Of a DNA stretch of 63,826 nucleotides, positions 50,830 through 59,486 are shown in pieces. How positions within the stretch are numbered: position 1 is the stretch's first letter; each line of letters begins with the position of its first letter. A program made the position numbers and the translations under genes. The notes under the pieces were generated by a model. That model was not told the DNA's origin, made no database searches, and worked only from the letters and a program-made list of their open reading frames with translations. The stretch comes from a virus (Duplodnaviria > Caudoviricetes): the IMG/VR virus record IMGVR_UViG_3300042526_000765, positions 1 to 63,826 of that record. One strand, 5' to 3'.

Positions 50830-50844
50830 TACATTTGTTATAAT
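50830..50844. promoter_or_regulatory. Overlapping divergent promoters: late motif (-) and extended -10 (+)
   Basis: TACATTTGTTATAAT reads AACAAATGTA on - and TGtTATAAT on +. Confidence 0.6.
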
Positions 50845-50859
50845 ATGATTAGGAGATTT

Positions 50860-51186
50860 ATGTTAATCAAATTCCCAATAATAAGGAAAAATAAGAATCC
50901 AATAGAAGAGTTTTATAAAAACTCACTCCTATCATCTATCGAATTTTCACAAATAAATTATATTAACGTGAATGCTTTTACAGTAAATCCAAAAGATTAT
51001 GCTAAATTATTGAAATTATTAACTAAACACATGAAAACTATGTTCACGGGAATTTCTATTTCTAAAATAAAACATGAAAGTTCATATTTACTCATGGATA
51101 TGGGACCTAGAGTTTCAAGTAATATTCCTGAAGGATTTGTAGAAATAGATAGGGAGGTTGTTAAAAATGCAAATACTAAAAAGTAA
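50860..51186 (+). CDS. Hypothetical protein
   Basis: AGGAG RBS before ATG at 50860. Confidence 0.7.
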   Translation: MLIKFPIIRKNKNPIEEFYKNSLLSSIEFSQINYINVNAFTVNPKDYAKLLKLLTKHMKTMFTGISISKIKHESSYLLMDMGPRVSSNIPEGFVEIDREVVKNANTKK

Positions 51187-51290
51187 ATCAAAAAATAATA
51201 AGTCATTTGGATTTTCTTTTATTTTTTATAATAAAAAATTTTATTTAGAGTTTAAATTCAATTTAAGTACATGGCTTATAGGATTCTAAA

Positions 51291-51551
51291 ATGTTAGCAA
51301 ATAAAACACTTACTATAAAACTAAAAACAGGTACAACTTGGATTGATTTTGGAAAAGTTGATCTAATCTATTGGATAGAATATAAAAATGATTATGATTT
51401 TATGGGAAGAGATCCATATGATTTACAATTAAGAAAACTAGGACTGCCAAGTTGGGGAGAGAGCTTTAGAGAAACAATAAAATATTTTATAGAATCAAAT
51501 TATGAACTCGTGGATTCTTTATATTCTGGAGATACTCTTTATGTTGGATAA
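51291..51551 (+). CDS. Hypothetical protein
   Basis: AGGA RBS. Confidence 0.7.
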   Translation: MLANKTLTIKLKTGTTWIDFGKVDLIYWIEYKNDYDFMGRDPYDLQLRKLGLPSWGESFRETIKYFIESNYELVDSLYSGDTLYVG

Positions 51552-51741
51552 TTTAATTAAATGCCCATTTTGCGATATCCCATGTGAAATGGATCACTGC
51601 CCTTATACACATAAAACAGAGAAAATATTCGAGATAACTGACGATTGTGACGATTGTTTAAAAAAAATACAAGATTTACAAGATGATAATTCGTACTTAA
51701 ATGAATTATTACAAAAACTTCATGATAAACTTCATGAATAA
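51541..51741 (+). CDS. Small Cys-rich protein
   Basis: CPFCDIPCEMDHCPY, CDDC; GGAG RBS before 51541. Confidence 0.65.
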   Translation: MLDNLIKCPFCDIPCEMDHCPYTHKTEKIFEITDDCDDCLKKIQDLQDDNSYLNELLQKLHDKLHE

Positions 51742-51751
51742 AGGATTCTAA

Positions 51752-52111
51752 GTGATTAATTTATTTATAACTTTTTACTCTTTGGTAAATGGAATAGATC
51801 CTTATATTTCTTTTAAAATGGCTAAAATAGAAAGCAATATGAATCATATGGCAATTTCTAAAACTAACGACGAGGGATTGTTTCAATTAAATAGAAATTA
51901 TTACAAATTCCATAATCCGAAATGGATATTTATTCCAGAAACAAATATATCTATAGCATTAAATACTTTGGGAAATTTAAAAAAAACCTGTAAGTACAAA
52001 AATGATAATTTATATGTATTGTGTTATAATAGAGGGATACGCGGAGTTAGTAAATTAAAAAAACCAACGAATCAAATATATTATAGAAAATTTAACTTAA
52101 TTTGGGATTAA
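51752..52111 (+). CDS. Lytic transglycosylase (SLT domain)
   Basis: AKIESNMN catalytic Glu, GLFQL, PETNI, YNRG. Confidence 0.88.
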   Translation: MINLFITFYSLVNGIDPYISFKMAKIESNMNHMAISKTNDEGLFQLNRNYYKFHNPKWIFIPETNISIALNTLGNLKKTCKYKNDNLYVLCYNRGIRGVSKLKKPTNQIYYRKFNLIWD

Positions 52112-52112
52112 A

Positions 52113-52307
52113 ATGAAGGTATATATTGCCTCCTTAGTTGACTTAGAAAATACTGTGATTGTAGGTGTATATTCTAGTGAAGATGTTGCAATTTCCAAGG
52201 TAGAAAAGGCAATGGATGAATTATACTTAGATAACGAAGATTTAGGAGTTTATCCTACAATTATAGAAAAATTTATAGATGATATCGAAGAAGAGAATTA
52301 CATTTGA
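52113..52307 (+). CDS. Small acidic hypothetical protein
   Basis: MKVYI...IVGVYSSEDVA. Confidence 0.7.
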   Translation: MKVYIASLVDLENTVIVGVYSSEDVAISKVEKAMDELYLDNEDLGVYPTIIEKFIDDIEEENYI

Positions 52308-53230
52308 AAACAATTTTTAAAACTCCAGAATTAATTAAAAAAAAATTAGATGAGTACGTAATAGGGCATGATCAAGCTAAAAAATATTTAGCAGTAGCGG
52401 GTTATAATCATCATAAAAGAATGAGAGGGGATAAGATTAAAAAAACTAATGTAATGATTATAGGTCCCACAGGATGCGGTAAAACCTATATGATTTCAAA
52501 TCTTGCTGAGATACTTGATGTTCCATTTATCACTATTGACTGCACACAATTAACCGCTTCAGGATATGAAGGTAGAAACGTAGAAGATATGATAACGGAA
52601 TTGGTTAACGTCTGTCAAGGAGATGAAGATAGGGCAGAAAAATCCATTATTTATTTAGATGAAATAGATAAATTAAGAAAAAAGAATACAGATAATGATG
52701 TTAACGGAATGGGAGTTCAGCAAGCTCTATTAAAGTTAATAGAAGGTAGTGACGTTGCCTATAGCTCAGGACAATCTGGAGCGTCTTATGATAGAAAATT
52801 AAATACTAAAAATATTCTATTCATATCTTCCGGTGCTTTTGTCGGTCTTGAGAATTCAGAAACTAGTGAAATAATAAAATACGGAATGATTCCAGAATTA
52901 GTCGGGAGATTTTCTATAATTACAAAACTTTCAGAATTGACAATTGAAGATTTTAAAAAAATTTTAATAGAATCAAAAGGTTCTATTTTACTATCTTTTA
53001 TGGAATGGTTTGAAACTGAAAAAATAGAATTAATTGTTATGCCTAATGCAATAGAACTTTTAGCAATAAATGCATTAGCTAAAGGATTGGGGGCTAGAGG
53101 TTTACAGGGAACCTTGGAAGAAGTTCTTATAGATTCTCAATTTGAAGCACCAAGTATGAAACAAAAACCAACTCAATTTATTCTAGATGCTTCTGTTATT
53201 ATAAGTAAAAAACCTAATTGGATATTTTAA
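52304..53230 (+). CDS. clpX: ClpX-like AAA+ unfoldase lacking the zinc domain and IGF loop
   Basis: LDEYVIGHDQAKK, GPTGCGKT, GYEG, YLDEIDK, GVQQALLKLIEG, PELVGRF, GARGL. Confidence 0.92.
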   Translation: MKTIFKTPELIKKKLDEYVIGHDQAKKYLAVAGYNHHKRMRGDKIKKTNVMIIGPTGCGKTYMISNLAEILDVPFITIDCTQLTASGYEGRNVEDMITELVNVCQGDEDRAEKSIIYLDEIDKLRKKNTDNDVNGMGVQQALLKLIEGSDVAYSSGQSGASYDRKLNTKNILFISSGAFVGLENSETSEIIKYGMIPELVGRFSIITKLSELTIEDFKKILIESKGSILLSFMEWFETEKIELIVMPNAIELLAINALAKGLGARGLQGTLEEVLIDSQFEAPSMKQKPTQFILDASVIISKKPNWIF

Positions 53231-53782
53231 ATGAAAAATCAGAATCTACCTCCGATTAGAGTTTACGTTTGGGATTATTTTCTTTTTGATTGCGATAGCA
53301 ATAAAGAAGGGAAGACTGGAGGTCACTTAGTTTCTGTTAGATCTCGTCAAAATCAAGCATTGCAATTTAATGTTATTTTAGATACTGGAGCATTATTTAC
53401 AGGATTACCAGCTCATGCTATAACTTTTAGAGATGATGTTTTTAATGATAAGTTACAACTTCAAGATGCTCAAATGTGGGATTGTATAAGTGATGATATT
53501 GATGTATTTTGCATGGAAAGTTTGAGATATGCAGAATGTGAAGTTAGACCCGATATGATAGGAGCAAAACTTGCAATATACTTATTTACGGTAGATTTTG
53601 TAGGAGAAGGGTATTCCCGTCATCCTACCCATTGGAAAATGTTACACGCCGTACAAACTATAGATGGATATTTAATGTTATACCCTCAATACAGGATTAC
53701 ATTTTTAGATAAAGCTCTTTATGAAAAAAGTAAAACTCCAGAATACAAAGCTAACAGTAAACATTGGATAGTGGGATCATGA
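53231..53782 (+). CDS. Hypothetical phage protein
   Basis: GALFTGLPAHA, QMWDC, YLFTVD; 183 aa; abuts clpX. Confidence 0.75.
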   Translation: MKNQNLPPIRVYVWDYFLFDCDSNKEGKTGGHLVSVRSRQNQALQFNVILDTGALFTGLPAHAITFRDDVFNDKLQLQDAQMWDCISDDIDVFCMESLRYAECEVRPDMIGAKLAIYLFTVDFVGEGYSRHPTHWKMLHAVQTIDGYLMLYPQYRITFLDKALYEKSKTPEYKANSKHWIVGS

Positions 53783-53994
53783 AAAGAAAAGATGCTTTAA
53801 AAATTATTGATGAAATATACACACAATTTGTAGATGATTGGATAAAAGCAGATTTAGATAACTTAGAAGGGTTTGTTCCATTAAATGAACGTATTTTAAA
53901 CGCTTTAGAAAAAGCAGGAATGTTACCCCCTTCCACTTATTTAAATATCATGCAAATCCAAGATAATGCTTGGGAGACAGAAGATGAAGATTAA
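53779..53994 (+). CDS. Hypothetical protein, MKRS family
   Basis: MKRKDALKII...ILNALEKAGMLPP...AWETED. Confidence 0.8.
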   Translation: MKRKDALKIIDEIYTQFVDDWIKADLDNLEGFVPLNERILNALEKAGMLPPSTYLNIMQIQDNAWETEDED

Positions 53995-55126
53995 TATTGG
54001 TATCACTTTAATTTTAAAAGATCCAAAAAAAGATTCTCCTTTTAGTAATGGAATTCGTCAAAATGTAATATTACTTCAAGAACTATATAAGAAATGTAAA
54101 AATGTAAATAATTCTTATATTATTAATGCATCGGAAGTAAAAAAAGAAGACTATACTGGAACTTTATGGGAAAAATATTCTGAAAATATTATATCAATTA
54201 AAGAAGCTTCTGAATTATGTGATGTAATAGTTGTATGTCATAGTAATCTTACAAAATCTCAATTTCAAGAATTAAAAAAATTAAATAAAAAAATTGTTTT
54301 TCAAGTATTAGGCGCAGAATTAAGTATTTTTAATGAAAAAGTACTATTTGAAGATAAGTCGAATGGACTATACGAAAAAAATTCAGCACTAGATGCAATA
54401 TGGGTAAGTCCTCATTTCTTCGAAAGAGACAAATACTTCTTTGAGGAATTGCACAAATGTCCAGTTTATGAAGCTCCTTACATATGGAGTCCTCAATTTA
54501 TGGAATCAGACATTAAAAGACAAGAAGAAAAAAGAGGAACTGCTAACTACACTCCTACTGAAAAAGAAAAAAGAATCTCTACCATGGAACCTAATTTAAA
54601 TATGGTAAAAACTTCTATAGTTCCAATTATAATATCTGAAAAATTTTTTAATAAACATCAAAATTTAGTTAAGAAAATAAGCATCTTTGGAACGGACAGA
54701 ATTAAATCAAAAAAAGATTTTATTCAATTTGTAAGTCAAATGAATGCTTGCTCTTCTAAAAAAATGTTTTTTGAAAGTAGGTATCCTATTGTCTGGACTT
54801 TAACCGCACATACAGATATCGTACTATGTCATCAAAGTGGGTGTGAATTAAACTACTTGTATCTAGACGCAGCATGGCTTGGATATCCTATCGTTCATAA
54901 TAGTCCAATGATGAAAGACTTAGGATGGTATTATCCTGAAAACAACGCAACTATTGCAGTTGAGCATTTACATTATATAGCAAAAAATTTTGATAACATA
55001 GAGCATCCAAATAATAAATATTTAGAAAAAAGTAGAAAGTTTGCCAGCAAATACATGATAAATAATCCTGAAAATATAATAGGTTACGAGTATTTAATCG
55101 ACGAGTTATTTAGAACTAAAAAATAA
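53984..55126 (+). CDS. DUF2827-like putative glycosyltransferase
   Basis: IGIT...FSNGIRQN, PYIWSP, EPNLNMVKTSIVP, DIVLCHQ...LNYLYLD...GYPIVHNS match my recollection of DUF2827. Confidence 0.75.
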   Translation: MKINIGITLILKDPKKDSPFSNGIRQNVILLQELYKKCKNVNNSYIINASEVKKEDYTGTLWEKYSENIISIKEASELCDVIVVCHSNLTKSQFQELKKLNKKIVFQVLGAELSIFNEKVLFEDKSNGLYEKNSALDAIWVSPHFFERDKYFFEELHKCPVYEAPYIWSPQFMESDIKRQEEKRGTANYTPTEKEKRISTMEPNLNMVKTSIVPIIISEKFFNKHQNLVKKISIFGTDRIKSKKDFIQFVSQMNACSSKKMFFESRYPIVWTLTAHTDIVLCHQSGCELNYLYLDAAWLGYPIVHNSPMMKDLGWYYPENNATIAVEHLHYIAKNFDNIEHPNNKYLEKSRKFASKYMINNPENIIGYEYLIDELFRTKK

Positions 55127-55147
55127 TTTTGTTTAAGTTATTAACAT

Positions 55148-55156
55148 GCTATACTA
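55148..55156 (+). promoter_or_regulatory. Extended -10 promoter TGCTATACT
   Basis: Upstream of the AGGAG RBS of 55178. Confidence 0.55.
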
Positions 55157-55177
55157 AATATAAGAAAAGGAGATTTT

Positions 55178-55369
55178 ATGAAAAAATTATCTAATGTAAA
55201 TGGAAAAGCAACTAAACTTAACAAACCTTTAACTGCCGGTACTATTAATTTCATCGTACAAAATGCTGGAAAAATGAAAGCAAAGAATATTGCAGCTATT
55301 ATTCACCGTCCCTTAAAAACCGTTCAAGGGGTAGCGTTACGCCTTGGCATTTCTCTAAGAGTGTTCTAA
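55178..55369 (+). CDS. Small basic HTH-like protein
   Basis: INFIVQNAGKMKAKNIAAIIHRPLKTVQGVALRLGI. Confidence 0.7.
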   Translation: MKKLSNVNGKATKLNKPLTAGTINFIVQNAGKMKAKNIAAIIHRPLKTVQGVALRLGISLRVF

Positions 55370-55401
55370 TTGTCTTTTTAATAGACGCACTCCCTCCTTA
55401 G

Positions 55402-55465
55402 AGGTGTCACATACCCCCTAAAAGTTATAGATTTTAGGAAGTTGTGAGGTGGCGGCTCGCCATTT
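55402..55465 (+). ncRNA. Conserved structured RNA motif, copy 1 (pseudoknot, ToxI-like)
   Basis: AGGTGTCACATACC-23 nt hairpin-AAGTTGTGAG-TGGCG GCT CGCCA; intergenic. Confidence 0.65.
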
Positions 55466-55472
55466 AAAAATT

Positions 55473-55625
55473 ATGATACAAAAAAAATTAGAATTAACAG
55501 TAATAGGATATTTGTTCACGTTATTAAATATTTTAATGACAGTTAGAGGATTTCCTATTGTTGGAATAGCTTTTGGATTTACCGCCTGTATTTTTTTTAT
55601 AAAAGCCCTGAGAATAAAGGAATAG
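55473..55625 (+). CDS. Small 2-TM membrane protein (not in ORF track)
   Basis: MIQKKLELTVIGYLFTLLNIL...GIAFGFTACIFFIKALRIKE*. Confidence 0.55.
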   Translation: MIQKKLELTVIGYLFTLLNILMTVRGFPIVGIAFGFTACIFFIKALRIKE

Positions 55626-55626
55626 T

Positions 55627-55809
55627 GTGGAAATAATTCAAACAATTGCGTTACTATGTCAATTACATACAAGTTCTGATACTACATCTATGATAAAATT
55701 TGTAGAAGAAAAACAATTAAAGTGTCAGCAATATTATACAAAATGTTTAGATGGTGGATTTCTTGGAGACTACAAGAATTTATCAAAATGTATTTCTCAG
55801 AAAAAATAA
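55627..55809 (+). CDS. Small Cys-containing hypothetical protein
   Basis: Four Cys; GTG start. Confidence 0.55.
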   Translation: MEIIQTIALLCQLHTSSDTTSMIKFVEEKQLKCQQYYTKCLDGGFLGDYKNLSKCISQKK

Positions 55810-56091
55810 TAAAATTTATAAAAGAAGATTTGAATAGAATGTCCACTTACGAAAGATGGCGTTTGGTTTTTCAAATTATACAAATTATAATAACTTTAGG
55901 AGTTCCATTTATAGCAGTATGGTTAAACAAAAATTGGCACTAAATTTTATTCACGGATTAATAATTGGAGTAGCCTTAACTATGGCTATTATGTCGGTAG
56001 TTATTGATAAAATGTTTATAAGCAAAGATATTTTTAAATTAAAAAAAATATATGTAAATGGAAGAATTTTTAAACTCTGTGAGGATAGATA

Positions 56092-56256
56092 ATGTATTTA
56101 TTATTCTTAATTATACTTAATTCTTCAGGAAGTAACATATCTACAAATGTTTCTAAATTTAACTCAGAATCTAATTGTTTACAGGCAATTGCTAAAATTT
56201 TAGAAATGGAAAATAAAAATAGAATTAAAATTCAAGCAAGGTGCGTGAGACAATGA
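56092..56256 (+). CDS. Small putative exported protein with a Cys pair (not in ORF track)
   Basis: MYLLFLIIL...FNSESNC...ARCV*; GAGGA RBS. Confidence 0.6.
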   Translation: MYLLFLIILNSSGSNISTNVSKFNSESNCLQAIAKILEMENKNRIKIQARCVRQ

Positions 56257-56516
56257 GCTATAATATAGACGGAAAAGTTGTAAATCAGTACGCCACTGTT
56301 AAAGTAGATAATACAGTAAGATGTGAAAAATGTAGCAAAGTTTTTTCAGCTCCACTTACTACAACAATGTTAGCACCTCCAAGAGGGTATATTATAAAAC
56401 ATTATATACACTTACCATATTACATATACGAAACCAAAAGTGGTATAGCTGTAGTATATTGTTCTGATTACTGTAGAAAAAAACATAATCATAGATTTAC
56501 AAAAAGAACAAAATGA
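56253..56516 (+). CDS. Zinc-finger protein
   Basis: CEKC...YCSDYC. Confidence 0.7.
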   Translation: MSYNIDGKVVNQYATVKVDNTVRCEKCSKVFSAPLTTTMLAPPRGYIIKHYIHLPYYIYETKSGIAVVYCSDYCRKKHNHRFTKRTK

Positions 56517-57154
56517 AAATTACTTGTATTTCTGATACTCATCAACTACATGATCAACTAATAATACCCCCTTGTGATATGATTATTCACGCAGGAGATT
56601 TTACTAACAGAGGTAAGCAAGATGAAGTTAGAAATTTTATAGAATGGTATGCTATTCAAGAAGCTAACCATAAAATTTTAGTTTGCGGAAACCATGAAGT
56701 TGAGATAAGTAAAAATATACAAAAACTACAAAAATTGTGCGTGGACAATAATATAATTTTGTTAAATAATGAACACATAGAAATAAATGGTTTGAAAATA
56801 TTTGGAAGCCCCTATTCTAAAGAATTTGGAAGATGGGCATACGGCTTACCAGATTTAGAATTAGATAAAATATGGGGTTTAATAGATTATGATACAGATA
56901 TATTAGTTACTCATGGACCTGCATTTTTTAGACAGGATAAATGTCCCGGTGGAAATGTGGGGAGTGCTACCCTAACTAATCACATTGAAAATAGATTAAC
57001 TAAATTAAAATTACATGTTTGTGGGCACATTCATGAAAGTAGAGGTTGTTCTTTAGAATCTACCAATTATGAAAATTACATAACAGTAAATGCTTCGGTT
57101 TGTGGAATTCCGTACTCTGATTTTATAATTAACCCCATAACGATTGAACTATGA
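56513..57154 (+). CDS. Calcineurin-like metallophosphoesterase
   Basis: ISDTH, HAGD, GNHE, THGP, GHIHE. Confidence 0.93.
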   Translation: MKITCISDTHQLHDQLIIPPCDMIIHAGDFTNRGKQDEVRNFIEWYAIQEANHKILVCGNHEVEISKNIQKLQKLCVDNNIILLNNEHIEINGLKIFGSPYSKEFGRWAYGLPDLELDKIWGLIDYDTDILVTHGPAFFRQDKCPGGNVGSATLTNHIENRLTKLKLHVCGHIHESRGCSLESTNYENYITVNASVCGIPYSDFIINPITIEL

Positions 57155-57414
57155 AATCTGATAATAAGAAAAAAATAGCTAAAGAATTAAATGTAAATCT
57201 TACAAATGAAGAAATTTTTGATCTTGATTTGGAATATAAAAGAGTAGAGTTAGAATTACTTTTTTCTGATCAGTGCTATGAAAATCAATTAAAAGCTTTT
57301 AGTTTAAACATGCCATATAAATGTACATGTGTGGATACTTATAGTATGTCAAAAAATGAAATTGAGAAACATCTATCTATTTTTGAAATTAAAAAGAAAA
57401 GGGAAATGCAATGA
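57151..57414 (+). CDS. Hypothetical protein
   Basis: ATGA-coupled ORF. Confidence 0.65.
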   Translation: MKSDNKKKIAKELNVNLTNEEIFDLDLEYKRVELELLFSDQCYENQLKAFSLNMPYKCTCVDTYSMSKNEIEKHLSIFEIKKKREMQ

Positions 57415-57644
57415 TTTGGTGTGTGGAAGTCATTAATTTAAAAAAAAATAAAACAAAATATTTATTAGATTATGAAATTAAAGACGCATCTGCAACTTTA
57501 AATGGAATACGCCTTATTGGTCATCATGAAAGAACTTCAGCGGGATCTGTAGATTTTTTTATTAAAAATAAAGGAATATCCTTAGATCCTGATTTAGATA
57601 TAAGAGATGGAGATCTACTTGTAATAAAGGGATTTAGGGATTGA
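57411..57644 (+). CDS. Hypothetical protein
   Basis: ATGA-coupled ORF. Confidence 0.65.
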   Translation: MIWCVEVINLKKNKTKYLLDYEIKDASATLNGIRLIGHHERTSAGSVDFFIKNKGISLDPDLDIRDGDLLVIKGFRD

Positions 57645-58045
57645 ATAGCGAACTTAAAAAATATATAAAAGATATTTGTGAGATATATGGTTGTACTTTA
57701 AAAATATCTAATAAAAATACTGGTGGCTTATACTGGAATGGAGCTATAACATTAAGTAATGATATGTCCGATAAAGAAACTATAACAGTGTTTTGCCATG
57801 AACTTGCCCATTACAAAAATGATATAGAAAATAAATATCCGATATTTCATAAAACAAATCACTACAAGGCTATTGAAAGAATGGGGAGAAAAAATTTTGC
57901 AAGATACGCCTTAAATGCTGAATTATATACAGAAAAAATAGGAAAAGAACTTTGTAAGATATGGTTTCCTGCTCATGTCTTTAAATACGGTTATAAAAAC
58001 AATCAATATTGGCTTGGATTTTTTTATGGGTATTATTTTAATTAA
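57641..58045 (+). CDS. ImmA/IrrE-like HExxH metallopeptidase
   Basis: GGLY...ITL...FCHELAH...downstream Glu. Confidence 0.65.
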   Translation: MNSELKKYIKDICEIYGCTLKISNKNTGGLYWNGAITLSNDMSDKETITVFCHELAHYKNDIENKYPIFHKTNHYKAIERMGRKNFARYALNAELYTEKIGKELCKIWFPAHVFKYGYKNNQYWLGFFYGYYFN

Positions 58046-58054
58046 TGCTATAAT
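58046..58054 (+). promoter_or_regulatory. Extended -10 promoter TGCTATAAT
   Basis: Perfect TGnTATAAT 20 bp upstream of RNA motif copy 2. Confidence 0.65.
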
Positions 58055-58074
58055 AAATTATCGCAGTGCTACCA

Positions 58075-58143
58075 AGGTGTCACATACCAGATAGCGATTA
58101 TATCGATTACAAAGTTGTGAGAGTGGCGGGCTCCGCTTTTTTT
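58075..58143 (+). ncRNA. Conserved structured RNA motif, copy 2, ending in a terminator-like hairpin
   Basis: AGGTGTCACATACC-23 nt hairpin-AAGTTGTGAG-GGCGG GCT CCGC-T7. Confidence 0.65.
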
Positions 58144-58155
58144 GAGGACCATACT

Positions 58156-58347
58156 ATGAAGATTATATATGAATTTGATCCTTATGAAGATAAAGAAGAA
58201 CTTGAGCTTTTTCAAAACGCAAGCGTAAATGCTAAAAAATTAGATGAAATTACTAGATATGTTAGAAAGTTAAATAAGTATGATGAAAGAGAAGTGATTT
58301 CTATTGAAGAACTAGTTACAAATATGAATGAAATATTAAATGACTAA
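58156..58347 (+). CDS. Hypothetical protein
   Basis: GAGGA RBS before ATG at 58156; the track's GTG start at 58066 runs through the RNA motif. Confidence 0.7.
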   Translation: MKIIYEFDPYEDKEELELFQNASVNAKKLDEITRYVRKLNKYDEREVISIEELVTNMNEILND

Positions 58348-58400
58348 ATTATAGATTGCTGGTATATACTAATAGTAGGATGTTTTATAAAGGAGATTCT

Positions 58401-58568
58401 ATGGATAACTTAGTAATTATTGAATCAAATATAAATACACTATTAGATCAACTAGATCTAGCTATTTCTAATCAAGAAGATGAGAAAGCGTTTCAGATTG
58501 GACAAACTATTGAAAATTTACTAAATGAACTCAATGGAGATACTATTAAACTAAGGATTATGCAATGA
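58401..58568 (+). CDS. Small helical hypothetical protein
   Basis: AGGAG RBS before MDNLV. Confidence 0.65.
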   Translation: MDNLVIIESNINTLLDQLDLAISNQEDEKAFQIGQTIENLLNELNGDTIKLRIMQ

Positions 58569-58807
58569 CACATAAAGAAGTTGACCTAGTTCAAAAAATA
58601 GGATGTTCTGCATTTAGTATTTATAGCTTTCTTAAAACATTTCCTAGAAGTTCTAATAGAGATGTTCAATTAAATTTAAACATATCTATGCCAACTCTAA
58701 GAAAATCTCTTCAGAGACTTGAAGAAACTGGTATTATTAAAAGAAATGTTGAGAAAAATAATACTAGAGAAGTAAAGGTACTTCCTGAGAATGAATGGAT
58801 GATGTGA
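58565..58807 (+). CDS. Winged HTH DNA-binding protein
   Basis: SNRDVQLNLNISMPTLRKSLQRLEETGIIKR. Confidence 0.85.
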   Translation: MTHKEVDLVQKIGCSAFSIYSFLKTFPRSSNRDVQLNLNISMPTLRKSLQRLEETGIIKRNVEKNNTREVKVLPENEWMM

Positions 58808-59201
58808 AATGAAAGTAGGATATTACATTACTCATACCGATAACTTAGGTATCGTATACTCTGAAAATCTCGTATTCTATTATTGTGATGTTTCTCGTAA
58901 GTGGAGATATTTCTGCATTGAAACTCTAGAGGATCTCTACACTAGCGTAGGTAGCTGGACATTTCTAGAAGCACTGTAAGAAAATTTATATTGTGAAATA
59001 AATTTCATGGCTCGCCCCTTGGCGAGGACTATTCTCGAAGGAGTGAGTAGACATGAGTATATCTGAAGCTGTATTATTTTTAGTAATTTTAAGTGTAGTG
59101 GTTGGAGTGTATCAAGGCTAGTGCATAGATTATTATTTTCAAATAAACTGTGCTAAACTAATTATACGTATTCGGAAATTCCTAATAACTGGAGTGCATA
59201 A

Positions 59202-59486
59202 ATGAACGATAACGACATGGTGGAATATTTAAGATGGGAAGAATCATTTTATACGGCGGGGTATGAATCTACACAAAAAGAATTGGAAAAACTCCGAGCT
59301 GAAAATGCAAAGTTAAAAGAGTGTGCTAAGTTTTATGCTGATCAAAGTAATTGGCAAAAAAACTTTGGGAGTCCTCTAGAATCAAACGCTAGAAAAATAA
59401 AAAACGATGACCTTTGGATGGATGAATCTCGAACTCCAACTGGAGGAAAACTTGCCAGACAAGTACTAAAAGAATTGGAGGACTGA
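59202..59486 (+). CDS. Hypothetical protein
   Basis: Coiled coil, FYADQSNW, GGKLARQVL. Confidence 0.7.
   Translation: MNDNDMVEYLRWEESFYTAGYESTQKELEKLRAENAKLKECAKFYADQSNWQKNFGSPLESNARKIKNDDLWMDESRTPTGGKLARQVLKELED

Noticed and set aside
55402-58143. RNA motif as a tRNA or a guide-RNA array
   Set aside because: No cloverleaf or T-loop; only two copies 2.7 kb apart; the variable 23 nt are self-complementary; no recognisable effector nuclease adjacent
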